NCBI RefSeq assembly: GCF_009914755.1
Contig: NC_060925.1
Strand: one strand, 5' to 3'
From: the human T2T-CHM13v2.0 reference genome, Homo sapiens
DNA: 64,000 bases
A model generated the notes under the pieces. The model saw only the letters and a program-made list of their open reading frames with translations, searched no databases and was not told the origin of the DNA. Below, in pieces: positions 16,901-29,655 of the stretch; the first letter of the stretch is position 1; each line of letters opens with the position of its first letter. A program made the translations under genes and the position numbers.

Positions 16901-17289
16901 GGATGCGGGGAAAAGATTAAGAAGGTAAAAGTTCAAACCAGGCAAAAGTTCAAACCTCTTGGCACTCCACAATGTGGCCTCAAGTTTCCCTTCTAGCTTT
17001 AGTGCTAGAGTAGAATGAAATGAAGGGTTGGAATGCCAGGTGTGCTACGTTTTAGTCATGGAACTGAATGAAAGTTTCTAAATTCTAAATGTCTTTACAG
17101 GGTTGTCATGGAGACTAAAAGAGGTCGCCGGAGTATCAAATTTAGCACAATGCTTGCCACATAGTGAATGTTCAATAAATGGCAGCTGTCATTTTCCCTC
17201 CCCCGTTAGAAAGACAACTGGTTTGCTCACAGTTCTGATACCGGCCTTGAACTGAACTTTCCATCTCTGCACCTCGGCTTTTGACACCC

Positions 17290-18190
17290 TATTTGCCTGG
17301 AGCGTCCACTATCACCACTTTGGTTAAAGCTACTGTCACCTCCTGCAATAGACTAATTCATCTCCCTGCTCCTGCCCACAGTTATTTTTAATCTAGCCAC
17401 CAGAATTTTTTTAAGTGTAAATCAGATTATGTCACTCATCTGCTCAAACCCCTATTGTAGCTCCCTATTTCACTCGGTGTAAAAGCCAAAGCACTCACCA
17501 TGTCCTGGAGGCCCTACATGATCTGGCTCTTTTCCCCCCTCATGTTATTTCCCATACCTTTCTCCCTTGTTCACTCTGTTTCTTCCACAATGACCAATTG
17601 CTTTTGCTGGAAAGCACCAGCAATTTATTAATAGCCTTTGTGTTGGCTTTTCCCTCTACCTAGAATATTTTCCTCACATACCTGCATAGCTCTTTCGCTT
17701 ACTTTTTCATGACTTTGTTCAGTTGTCACCTTCAAAAAAAAAAAAAAAAAAAAAAAAGCCAGCCAGGCATGGCGGCTCATACCTGTAATCTAAGCACTTT
17801 GAGAGGTGAAGGCAGCAGACAGCTTGGGCCCAGGAGTTCCAGACCAGCCTGGGCAACACGGCAAAACCCCATCTCTACAAAAAATACAAAATATATTTTT
17901 CGTAGAGGACGGTGGCACACACCTATAGTCCTAGCTACTTGGGAGGCAGGAGGACTGCTTGAGCCTGGGAGGTTGAGGCTGCAGTGTGAGCCATGATCAT
18001 GCCACTGCACTCCAGCCTGGGCAACAGAGCAAGACCCTGTCAAAAAAACAAATAAATAAAAGCCAATCCTGACCACATATTTAAAATTTCAAACTGCTCT
18101 ACTTTCCCCCAGTACTTCCAATCCCCTTTATCTTGCCCAACTTCTCCTTTTCCATAGCACATACCATATTCCTTACTACCTTCTAAAATA
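17290..18190 (+). mobile_element. L2a fragment split by an Alu
   Basis: 'gtaaatcagattatgtcactcatctgctcaaacc', 'aggccctacatgatctggc'. Confidence 0.8.
17762..18060 (+). mobile_element. AluJ
   Basis: Full dimer; TSD (A)n-gcca, with the left A-run expanded to 24. Confidence 0.92.
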
Positions 18191-19004
18191 ATATATATAA
18201 CAAAGCCAACCATTGGCAAATAAATCTCTCATAATTTGCTGATGGGAGTGTAACTTGGTACAACTACTTTGGAAATCTTTTAGAGAGTATCTACTAAAGC
18301 TAAAAATACTTTATTTTACTCTTGTATATAAATCCAACAAATTGCAAATCCAACAAAAAGGAGTACTTTTTGTCAGATTTATTTTGGTCGGTTCTGTAAA
18401 TATAATATGTTATATAATATATAATAAGATATATACTTATATATTAGTCACCTACTCATATAGCTATATAATCATATAATTTATGATCTAATCATATCAC
18501 ATATAATAATCTTAATTACTTTAATCATTTCACTAAACTAGGAACAACCCAAATGTCAATCTACAGTAAAATGAATAAATTTTGATTTTTTTCAAACAAT
18601 AAGTACACAGCACTAAAAAATAAGTTATTCATGGTATTCATTAACAACATGAATGAGTCCAGAATCTAATATTGAGCAAGAGAAGTTGGAAACCAAAAAG
18701 TACCTCCTATATGATTTAATTGATTTGAAGTTCAAGAAAGGCAAGACTTCAATGATAGAAGTCAGAATAGAGCTACTTATTTCTCTAATTGGGTTATAAC
18801 CTAATCTTTCTGAAAACAGGGAGAATATTCATCTTGCAGGACTGCTGTGAAAATTGCAGATAATATATATCTAACATCTAGTACCAAGTTCCTAGCACAG
18901 AATATTTGCTAACGAAATTATTGTTTGTATTCATGTGTGTTCTTAATTCATGTTAGTTTGATAATTGCTAAGTAAAAAGATAGTTTTACTCAACCCAAAG
19001 GTTC

Positions 19005-19530
19005 TGGTTGCATCTGCCATTTGTTGCCACCCAATAGCCATATCCCTTTTATTCCTTACTAATAAAATCCATATTCTTTCTCAGGACAGCTATGTGCCCA
19101 GTCCTGAAAGATAAAGCATGACAAGTCTAAGCCAATCAACAAACTCTCATACCCTTTTGCCAGATATTCACTTTCCCAACTCCTCCTTGCAGCTAGGGGT
19201 GCCCATGTGCCCAGTTTTGGCCAATGAGATTTAAAGAGCAATTCTGATAGGTAATTGCTTAGGAAAGATTTCTCCTCTTTACTGAAAAGAGATAGACACA
19301 CACTATCTAGCTGCCTCCTGTTTTCTGCCTTTGAACAAATGATTCCCAGAGCTGTGACAATCATATTTTTACCTTAAGAATCGTAAAGATAGTGACACAG
19401 AGTCCTAAAATAACAGAGTTATCAGTCACCTACCTTCAGACTTTTTGTTCTAAGAGTTAATTATCTTTATTATTTAAGCCACCATTAGTTAACTATTATG
19501 TTACATGTAGCTGAAATCATTCCTAACTGT
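19005..19530 (+). mobile_element. MLT1K/L-like LTR
   Basis: 'cctccttgcagctagggg..catgtg..ggccaatgag', ending 'tgttacatgtagctgaa..cattcctaactg'. Confidence 0.7.
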
Positions 19531-20147
19531 GACTGTTCCCTTATAAATTACTAGTGTACAAAAGAGAATCATAAACTGATAAGACATCTTACTGGGCTCT
19601 CTTTAATTTTCCCAGTGTCTTCAATGGTCCTTTTTTCGTAAGTCTCTTCCTTACCCGTTTACTAAAATGTCATTTTCTAGTCAAACATCTTTCAATGGCA
19701 TATGAACTCACTAATAAGACCAATAACTTTCCAAAGGCCTTTAGGGCTAAGACATACATTTAAAACTCAGGGAAATTCTACACAGTTGCTGACTCCTGTT
19801 GGAGGTTGACCAACTGCTAAACTCTGACAGTAACACATATTAACCTGCATTTGCCCACAAGCACACCAGTGTGCCAATTCTGTAAATGTAAATACACTGT
19901 GAACAGGTGGTCCATCCAAGCAGGGCTCATTCCTGGTTGGCAAGGCAAATTACTATGATGTTAATGAAGTTCTAGGACCCCTCCCTTTCATGAGCCCTTT
20001 TCATGCTTGGGGCCCGAGAAATGTGTTCCCATAGTCATAAGCTTTTGTAAAACTTGGGAGCTATGTTAACTACAATCGGTTAAGACCTCTGTCTCTTTCC
20101 TCTCCAGCTTACCCTCTGTTACACTTGCTCTTCTGTAGGGTGGTCTT

Positions 20148-20455
20148 TTTGTTTGTTTGTTTTGGAGACGGAGTCTCGCTCTGTCACCCAAGCTGGCATG
20201 CAGTGTCATGATCTCAGCTCACGGCAACCTCCGCCTCCGGGGTTCAAGTGATTCCCCTGCTTCAGCCTCCCAAGTAGCTGGAATTACAGGCACGCACCAC
20301 CACACCCAGTTAATTTTTTTTGTTGTTATATTTTTAGTAGAAACGGGGTTTCCCCATGTTGGCCACGCTGTTCTCAAACTCCTGACCTCAGGTGATCCGC
20401 CTTCCTTGGCCCTCCAAAGTGTTGGGATTACAGGCATGAGCCACTGCGCCTGGCC
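20148..20455 (-). mobile_element. AluSx-like
   Basis: TSD agggtg(g/a)tctt. Confidence 0.93.
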
Positions 20456-21446
20456 AAGGGTGATCTTAAAGAGGCAAGGGGTGATTGGATTCAGCTAAGG
20501 GGAAGCTGACTTGAAAAGGCATAGAGTTTGGGTTAAGAAGATTATTTTTATGTGGTTCACTTCCATATCTAAGTTATTGTTAGCTATCGTGGTGCAGGAA
20601 TGGCTTCCAGCAATATTTCCAATGCTCCTTTGCTGCTCAGCCAATATCTGACAGACAGGTGCAATGCTAGAGGTCATATTGTGATTTGAATGTAACCTAT
20701 TGCACTTGGCATTGGAAGTCTGTAGGTAATCACGTAGACAAAGGTTTCAAAAGTATGAACCCAGAAGCTAGCCTGTGGAAAATTCTGCCAATCTTCAGTT
20801 ATGTAAAAGTCTGAGCAGAGGATTTAATTCTCAAAGACGCCTGATCAAAATGGAAGTTCTGTCCTGTTGAGAATATACATGATAAGCAGTGTATGCAATT
20901 ATAAACCCAATATTTTTTATTTTTTGAGGTAAATCACACAAAATAGAATTTATCAGAAATCCTGTGATTGTAGGACACAGACCAGTGCCAGGTTCACAAT
21001 GACTGTGCCTGTTTGTTTAGTCATGTATTTTATGCATCCCAACATGTTGGATCACATCGCATCCTAAAGACAAAGAGCAGCTTTAGACAAAAGAGAATGA
21101 AAAAGTATTCATCAGTGAATCACAACAACCTAAAGAAACATTCCAATGATAAAATCACCACACATATTTATAAAATAAGTCCATGTACATAGTATAAGAA
21201 TAATGACAAGTAGGTAGCTTAATGCAATGATGTTTAAAATCTATTTTACTTACTCTTCTATATACCTTAATTTCATGTAGCTTTGTGTATTTATTCAGAA
21301 TTATTGATTATATTAAAATTCAAAAGAATTATAAAGGTATATATAAGGTAATTCATTAATAAAAGAATTGCATAATTTGTCCTGGACTTTTGATGTTTGT
21401 GGTATATTTGTCAACATTTTATTCTTTTTTAATTTTTTTTCTTTCA

Positions 21447-21553
21447 TGACAGACAGGGTATGTGCGGATGTTGTAACAGGGTTTGAATGAAGCACGTCTC
21501 ACACACCTCACATGTGAGAACCCAATCATCACATTTATGAACTACAAAAGGAT
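21447..21553 (-). pseudogene. U13 box C/D snoRNA (SNORD13) retro-pseudogene
   Basis: Minus strand ATCCTTTTGTAGTTCATAAATGTGATGATTGGGT...GTGTGAGACGTGC...TGTTACAAC..GCACAT-ACCCTGTCTGTC, followed by an A-rich tail (21417-21444). TSD core catttta. Confidence 0.92.
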
Positions 21554-22067
21554 TGGCATTTTAAAATGTGTAATTTGTGGATTTTTCTCATTCCAAGTAA
21601 ATAGTTGTTTACATACCCAATTTTTTATCTTTGTTTTTGTTTTAATTTTTTATTTCTTTTTTTATTTTTTATTTTTTCTATTTATTTTTTCTATTTTCTA
21701 CAACCAATTTTTTATTCCTAACTTTGCATTATTTTTCTTAAAGAAAGCCTCTGCCAAATTGTGTAAGCTCCTACACAACGCATAACTACCCCTGGTGATC
21801 AGGCAACAGTCACAATCAGTGAAGGCTCCAAATGATATTTACCAGTTTGGTTACTTTGGAAGTACTTTCAACGTCAGGCTTTAAAAGGGCAAGAATATTA
21901 ACTGAGAAGAATTGAAGCTACTTTATTGAATGCCCTACATGGTTTGTTAAGTGAACATAACCTAATATTAAAATAGAACGCTTCTCACCTCAGAAGCGTC
22001 AGTCCAGAGGGACTGACATTGTGGCTCTCAGGTACCAATGTGCGCATGGGACAGAACACCATAAGAG

Positions 22068-23195
22068 TAATCTAAAACAAAACAAACCCTGATGTTTGGG
22101 TTTGGTTGCAAATTTTAAGGTCATTTATCCAAGGGCTTCTTTCTCTCTTCAAGAATAGAAAAGATTTTTTGGAGAGTAAGAAGAAAGAAGAAAGATTCTA
22201 GTGAGAAGGATTTTTTGGAAAAGTTTTTGCTGTAAGCCTGAAGTCCTGTATCTCAAGAGGAAATAAGGGGTGAGGGGACACCTGAACCTCCCTCAGGTTT
22301 TGAGGGCCTTCAACACGGCCATTCTGAGAGTCTAATATGTGTCACCTGAAGTTTGAAAGACCGTGAGCTGAGGGCTGATTTCTGCCCCAGAAAATGTGCA
22401 GAGTAAGAGAGAAGCTGGCCAGTTGTGTTGAGGATGATGAAGCCAAAGCAAGTAGCTGCTACACCTGGGAAATTCCCGCAACCCCAAGGCCCTGCCGTGG
22501 AAGGACACGGCATGTTACCCCAATGCAGGACAGGATAGAGGACCAGCAATCCTGAGGCTGTGTTAGGCTCTATCAGACAGGACCTCCTAGAAGGGGCAAT
22601 GGGACTTCATAGTGTGTGTGGGTGGACCCTCTAAAGGGGGGAGCTGTCAGCAGAAGGGGCATCAACACAGCTCCAGAGATCCCACAGAGCGGGTACCCCC
22701 CAAAAGAGTGCTCAAGAGAATATCAGCTTTAAACGTCAGCCACACTCAGCACAAAGCCAAATTATGGCAGATAGAGCTGAGTAAGAAAATTCCCTTCTAC
22801 TATTTTTGATTCCTCTCTTTATGTCCCAAACCTAGGGGCAAGCCTAATGAGGAAGAGGAGCAGGAAAGGAGAAATGAAGGATCAAGCCTTCCTCTCTCAC
22901 TGCAGGCAGCCAGCTCATACTGGGGCTGCCCAAGAATGGGATACAATTCAACATTAAATAAAATTCAAGGTTTTAGATTTTTCCACGGCTCAGTATTCTA
23001 ATGTGTGTATTGGGCTGTGTTTGTGACTTAAAATGACCACAGGACAGACTGTAAATTACCTTGGGGTGAACTGTATTCATCCAAGGCAGGAAAAGATTAC
23101 CATACAAAATAAACTTTATAGGATCAATAAGAACAAAAGTCAAGTTGTGTTTTTATCACATTCCACGTGTCACATTTGTTCAACACTTTTGTTAC
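22068..23195 (+). mobile_element. Old ERV-type solo LTR (LTR79-like)
   Basis: About 1.1 kb ending 'tttgttcaacacttttgttaca'; family recalled, not searched. Confidence 0.5.
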
Positions 23196-24233
23196 ATTAA
23201 GAAGAACCTATTAGAAAGCCATAAATAACTTAAAACTTTAATAATGATATTGATCTGATATCACTTTCTGATCGTTTTTCACTGGGCGTTAGTGAAATCC
23301 ATATTCCTAAGTGGCCAGATTCATGTCTTTGTCTTGATATTACTCTGAATCATTCATTCATTAACCCGACAAGTATTTATTGAGATGTGATGAGGTTAGC
23401 TTCCTAAGTTCTACTTTGGTCATGTCCAAGACCCCTACTCAAGAACCTTCTGTGACTCCTCACTGTTTACAACAGACAGGAATATCAATAGGGTAAGGCT
23501 TTACCTCACCTCACCTCCCTCTCTCATTGTGTGTTCTGATATGTGCCTTAGGGGCTGGGGACTGCCCTTACCTCCCCGTTCAAGAGCCCACGCCCAGTGC
23601 TGCCCTAAAAGCCACTGTGATGTGACAGAGGATTCATTTAATTTGCTCTTAGCAGAGCCCCTATCCTTTGCCCATCTAAATCACTTGGATAAAAAGGGAA
23701 TTGAATTATATTTCATTTAGATTCAACTTACATTTTATTTTTTTTTATTAAGCCAGGAATATGATTTCCTCTCTTGGCAGCAGCCCAGCGATAATCATTT
23801 AAGCCCAGTTCCTTTCTCTAATGCTGTATCCTGGGGAAGGAAAGCTTATGGGGATTTCATCAGTGGTCCTGGTGAAATGACAGTTTATTCATCTCCAGGG
23901 GCTCTTTAGTCTCCACCTCTTGCACTTGTCTCGACAGAAGGTTTTGGAGGCTTTGGGGTCAAAGCAGTTTGGTTGGGAGAAGAAGGACAGGAACAGCAGT
24001 TATAAATGTCTGACTGCAGCCCACTTTTAAGAGATCTTTCCAGTTCACACAAATGAAGTGGATTTTAAATGCACTATTCTAGGACAATATGCCTCCCTAG
24101 TGTCTCCCCTGCAGCTGCCATAGACCCCGTTTGGGAGAGAAGATTGTTCCTATGCAGCTTATTTTATTTTTGTTTAATCAAATAAACAAGAGTGTTTTTC
24201 CATGGCAAAAAAAATAAAATAAAATGAATTTTT

Positions 24234-24537
<304 letters not shown>

Positions 24538-24801
24538 TTGAATTTTTGAATTAAGCGTGATTATCCTGTTGCAGCTTGTTGTACATTCAAAATACAAGTA
24601 TTAGAAGATAAGATTAACACCTATATTCTGTGCCTTTTAAATTATTTCTTTATTATTAGTGTTTATACTCAATGCAACAATCACTAAGCTACAGTGCTAA
24701 ACATTGGGGATTTAAAAGATCAACAAGAAAGGGGTTGGAGAGGGGGAGATTCGCCTTGGGGGAGTAATCTGGAGAGGCGGGTAGCCTGACCATAATCTTC
24801 A

Positions 24802-25247
<446 letters not shown>

Positions 25248-25799
25248 TCAAGACAAGACTTAATCTCTTCTGCCCATCATATTTTAAAGCTGCCACAAAA
25301 GAAGTTTATGGTCTGTTGGAGTAAGAGACTGACGTGTGCACAAATAATTTACAAGACAGTAAATGCTATAATAGGGCAATGTATTTTCCTAATGAACCCT
25401 TTGTGGAATGGATCAAGAGTATTCATTTTCTTCTGGTAAACAGCAATCTGAACCCAAGAGATAATCCTTTCTCAAACACTCAATCAGCAATCAGCCAGCA
25501 CCAGTGTCTTGATATTTCTAAAGAGTATACTCCGGTGGTTTGGCCTCCTGGAGGACGCTGTGAGGAAGACTGTGCTTGCGTCCCTGAGCCTGTTGCCACT
25601 CCTTACTAAGGGCCTTACTAAGGGCATGCCCAGAGCCATCCCAGTCTGCTATGTTTGGAAAGGGTTCTGGGCATCAAGACTTATCACTCAGAATACTGTG
25701 GGATTTTCTTCTACCTAAGACAAAAGAAAGAAGCAATTCCATTAATGTACGCTTTTCAGGATCTGTTGGGTTTTTCATCTGTTACTGCTTTGGGAACTT

Positions 25800-25880
25800 T
25801 TTCTGTGTGCCAGCACAGCGCTATGCACTGGACATTCCATGATGAGCAAGACGGATGTCCGTGCCCTCATGGACCTTAGA
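25800..25880 (-). mobile_element. L2 3' fragment inside the RMND5-like fossil
   Basis: 'tgtgccagcacagcgctatgcactgg..gagcaagacgga..tgccctcatggacctta'. Confidence 0.65.
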
Positions 25881-26084
25881 GAACCTAAAAGATTCTCATT
25901 TCTCTCTGAATTCTTCACAGGATAAACTGCCCTGGCATTTTCAGTTCTCTTTTTCCTCCTTCACCGGGAAGACTGACCCAAGCTTTCTCCTTCTGGGGCT
26001 GCCCCCAAAAGACTAGCTCAGTGTTATTCACACACCTGCAGATAGTTGTCCAGGTATGTATTTCAGTGCATGAAAATAACATGC

Positions 26085-26305
26085 TTTCCCTGTGTTATTC
26101 TCTATCACAGCACTCTGTGTACTATCTTCTTGGTGCTTATAGGCTGAAGTAATTAATTTGTCTACTTGTTCATTACCTGACCTTCTCACTGGAATGTAAA
26201 CCCCATGGAGGCAAAGACCTTCTTAATATTCTCAGCTGAATCCTCAGTTCCTCATCAGCAACTTGCATATCATAGATGCTCAATGGTATTTGTTGAATTA
26301 ATAAA
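26085..26305 (+). mobile_element. L2 3' end inside the RMND5-like fossil
   Basis: 'cactggaatgtaaaccccatggaggcaaagacc...tagatgctcaatggtatttgttgaat'. Confidence 0.8.
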
Positions 26306-27659
26306 TATATGGAAAGAAGGAAGGAAGAGAGAGAGTCAGAAAATGTTATGCAAGGCTTACCAAAAATAGGGTAACCTAATTTCTTAAGGACTTTTACATA
26401 TTCTTGAATGTGTGCCATTTATAAGGGAATCATGGGTCTGGGGTGACATCTTTGACCAATGTCCAGAAGTCTACTAGAAATTTTCCTGGACATTCTCTCA
26501 GGGAAAATACTAAGTGAAATAGTTTGGGCCTTGTGGACCTGGAGTCACACAACTGAAAAAGGTTTTATTAGTTCTTGATGTCACTGAGTAGGGAAGGAGA
26601 GAAAGAAATACTCCTGGGCTCTAGGAAACCAGCTCCACCTGTGGCTTAGATAGATCCTTAGAGATAAGAGACAAGCAGGGTTTGCATGGGTCTGCAATGT
26701 TTTCCTTTAACCAAGGCCCACATTCTAATGAAATATATTTGTTGTTCATATAAAACCACCCTTAAAAAGATTTTTTCTAACATCCATAATTGTGTTTTTC
26801 TAGTTAGAGTTGACATAGGCAGAGAGCAAACCTATGTAATTGGCTAAGCAAAGATGTGTGCAGATGATGAGGCCATTATTGCAAAGAAATGCATATAATC
26901 AGGTAGGTATGATCCCTCAGAACCACAACGTTGGCATAGGTTAAGAATTTTAGATATTTGAAGTTATTGGTTTATTCCTATTTTATGCATTTATTAAACA
27001 TTTATTAAGCACATACTTATTCAATTACTAACATGGATGACAAAACCAAATCATGCCAGTTGGGGAGGGAAATGGTAGTGGCCACTGCTGGATGTCTTGG
27101 ATGCTTAGTGGAGCTGTTTCGCGATGCCATGGATTAGAGGTGCAGATGCACTGCTCCTGCACCTGGAGTGCAGTATTTCCCAGTCCATCTTCTGTGGGGT
27201 GAAAGTGCTTTCTGGTGCTATTCAGGGTATCAAGGCGTCATACAAAAAACTTACATTGGAAGATACATCTTACTGCTGTTTATCAGCAGCCGTCTACATG
27301 AAAATGCTGGTGAGGTCACTGCTGGATAATGCAGTACAAATGCAAGCACTGGTAAGCAATCTGAATTGTAACCACTTCATGTTTAAGAGAAGCACAAGGC
27401 CAGGCTGCCATTTGTAGGTAGATTACACTTTCAATGCTAGTGCCAGAATTCACATTTCTCTGGATTTCTGGTTTGCCAGCGGGTACCATGTATGTAAGGT
27501 TCTCCTGTGTATGATACCGGGAAATAGTGGTCCTGGCACCCTTGCCTGTCAAGCAACAACAGCATGGCTGTCCTGTCCCTAAACTGACCCATGGAATTAT
27601 GCCACTGTGCAGCCACTGTAGATCACTCTCTGGCATTGACTAATCTGCTGCTGCTTTCT

Positions 27660-27967
27660 TTCTTTCTTTCTTTCTTTTTTTAGATGAAGTATCAATCACT
27701 CTGTAGCCCAAGCTGGAGTGCAGTGGCATGATCTCTGCTCACTGCAACCTCCGCCTCCTTGGCTCAAGTGATTCTCCATGCCTCAGCCTCCCAAGTAGCT
27801 GGGACTACAGGTGTGTGCCACCACACCCGGCTGATTTTTTGTATTTTAGTAGAGACAGGGTTTTACCATGTTGCCCAGGGTGGTCTCGAACTCCTGAGGT
27901 CAGGCGATCTGCCTGCCTTGACCTCCCAAAGTGCTAGGATTACAGGCGTGAGCCACCATGCCCGGCT
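27660..27967 (-). mobile_element. AluS inside the RING region of the fossil
   Basis: TSD aatctgctgct(gct)ttct. Confidence 0.94.
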
Positions 27968-28241
27968 AATCTGCTGCTTTCTAATGATCCTGCCTGCCAC
28001 TGAATGTGACATGTAGCTCACATATGCCACAAACCATTCAGAAAGTCCTTGATGTAGTGGGCACCCTTGTATATTTTTCTTGACTGGTTTCTATATAGTC
28101 TATATAGTCTCTGAGAAAAGTGTCTTGATTCTCTCAGCTGGAATAATCTTTCTCACCCTGAAATCTCAGAGCACAGCAGCAGCACCACTCATGACCTTTT
28201 GTCGTATCTCTCCTACTGATCTTCAAAATCAGAAAGATCTG

Positions 28242-28753
28242 TGTGGTAAGCAGGGTAATGGCCCCCAAAGACAACAATGTCCTAATCCTTGGAATCTGTG
28301 AATATGTTAGGTTACGTGGAAAGGAGGAATTAAAGCTGCAGATAAAAGGAAAGTTGCTAATCTTCTGTAGAGATGGAGAGATTATCCTAGATCATCTAGG
28401 AGGGCCCAAGGTAATTACAAGGGTCCTTATAAATGAAAGAAGGCAGGACAATCTGAGCCAGAGGAGATGCAATCATGGAAGCAGGGTTGAAATGATGCAA
28501 TTGTTGCTCCATGAGGATGGTGGGGGACCATGAGCCAAGGAACAGGGGCAGCCCCCCAAAGCTGGAAAAGGCCTGGAAACAGATGCTCCCACAGAGCCCC
28601 TAGAAGGAATCTAGCCCTGCCATATCTTTATTTTAGCCCAGTGAGACCCATTTTGAACTTCTCACCCATAGAACTGTAAGATAATAAATTTGTGTTGTAT
28701 TAAGCCCATAAGATTCTGGTACTTTTTTATAGCAGCAATAGGAAACAAATACA
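28242..28753 (+). mobile_element. MLT1D-like solo LTR
   Basis: 'tgtgg..aatggcccccaaaga..gtcctaatcc..' to 'gcagcaataggaaacaaataca'. Confidence 0.88.
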
Positions 28754-29241
28754 GTATGTCTGATTTATCTTTCTTTCCATCAGTGCCTAACACAGGGTCT
28801 TGTTTTCAGCTAGCATCCAATAAGCATGTGTTGAATGAATGAATACTGAAAAACTACTGTTTTATACCTATAGTTGGTCTTTTGTTGTGGAAAAATATGC
28901 ATAGTATTTATCATTTTAGCCACTCTTAAGTGTGCAGTTAAGTGGCAATAGATACATCCACAGTGTTGTATAACCATCACCACTATCTAAACTTTAAAGT
29001 TTTTCATCAGCCCCACAAAAACTACACATTAAATAATAACTCCTCCATCCTCCTACCCCCAACCCCTGGTAACCACTATTCCACTTCCTGTCTCTATGAA
29101 TTTGCCTGTTCTAGGTACTTCATATACGTGAAATCATACAATATACGTTCTTCTGTGTCTGACTTGTTTCCCAAACACACTTTCAAGTTTCATCCATGTT
29201 GTAGCATATATCAAAATTGTATTCCTTCTTATGGCTGAATA

Positions 29242-29247
<6 letters not shown>

Positions 29248-29291
<44 letters not shown>
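29248..29291 (+). repeat. (GT)22 microsatellite
   Basis: Direct count. Confidence 0.97.
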
Positions 29292-29293
<2 letters not shown>

Positions 29294-29431
29294 ACAAACC
29301 ACATTTTGTTTATCCATTCATCTGTTAATGGACACTTGGGTTGTTTATACCTTTTGGCATTTGTGAGTAATGCTGCTATAAAATTTGGTGTGCAAACATC
29401 TGTTCTTTACCTCTCCAAGCTCTAAATTTAA

Positions 29432-29433
<2 letters not shown>

Positions 29434-29477
<44 letters not shown>

Positions 29478-29616
29478 GATAGATAGATAGATAGATGATA
29501 GATAGATAGATAGATAGATAGATGATAGATAATAAATTTCTGTTGAAATTTCTGATAGATAAATTTCTGTTGAAGTTTCAGATAGATATAGATAGATGAT
29601 AGATAGATAGATAGAT

Positions 29617-29655
<39 letters not shown>

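Larger units (their letters stand above)
19942..21794 (+). mobile_element. Zaphod-like hAT-Tip100 DNA transposon fossil
   Basis: Termini 'ttactatgatgttaatgaag..gggccc' and 'ccaaattgtgtaagctc..acccctg' resemble Zaphod ends. Hosts an Alu and a U13 copy. Confidence 0.65.
25562..28083 (+). pseudogene. Highly degenerate RMND5/GID2-family (CTLH E3 ligase RING subunit) pseudogene, interrupted by L2 fragments and an AluS
   Basis: Collinear motifs versus recalled RMND5A/B: EDCACV~EQCACV, LTKG~LTYG, QKSTRN~QESTLN, LSEIVWAL~LNRILEAL, WALGN..SLE~WAVSN..SLE, LDA*W..RGADALL..IKA~LDANQW..RDACALL..IKA, DTGK*WSWH~[9 protein letters not shown], PMEL~PMKL, CSHCRSLS/AL~[10 protein letters not shown], VYFS*~IFF*. 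Confidence 0.75.

Noticed and set aside
25775-25795. SSVTALG resembling RMND5 SSVSRVG, as independent support for the fossil
   Set aside because: It abuts or overlaps the decayed tail of an L2 fragment, so it may be coincidental; not counted.
27124-27417. 97-aa ORF as a functional protein, or as an ACD/TPP1 (PWIR) or DESI (NCNHF) homolog
   Set aside because: Those are isolated 4-5 residue matches. The RMND5 interpretation explains many more collinear motifs, and flanking stops and frameshifts indicate a pseudogene.
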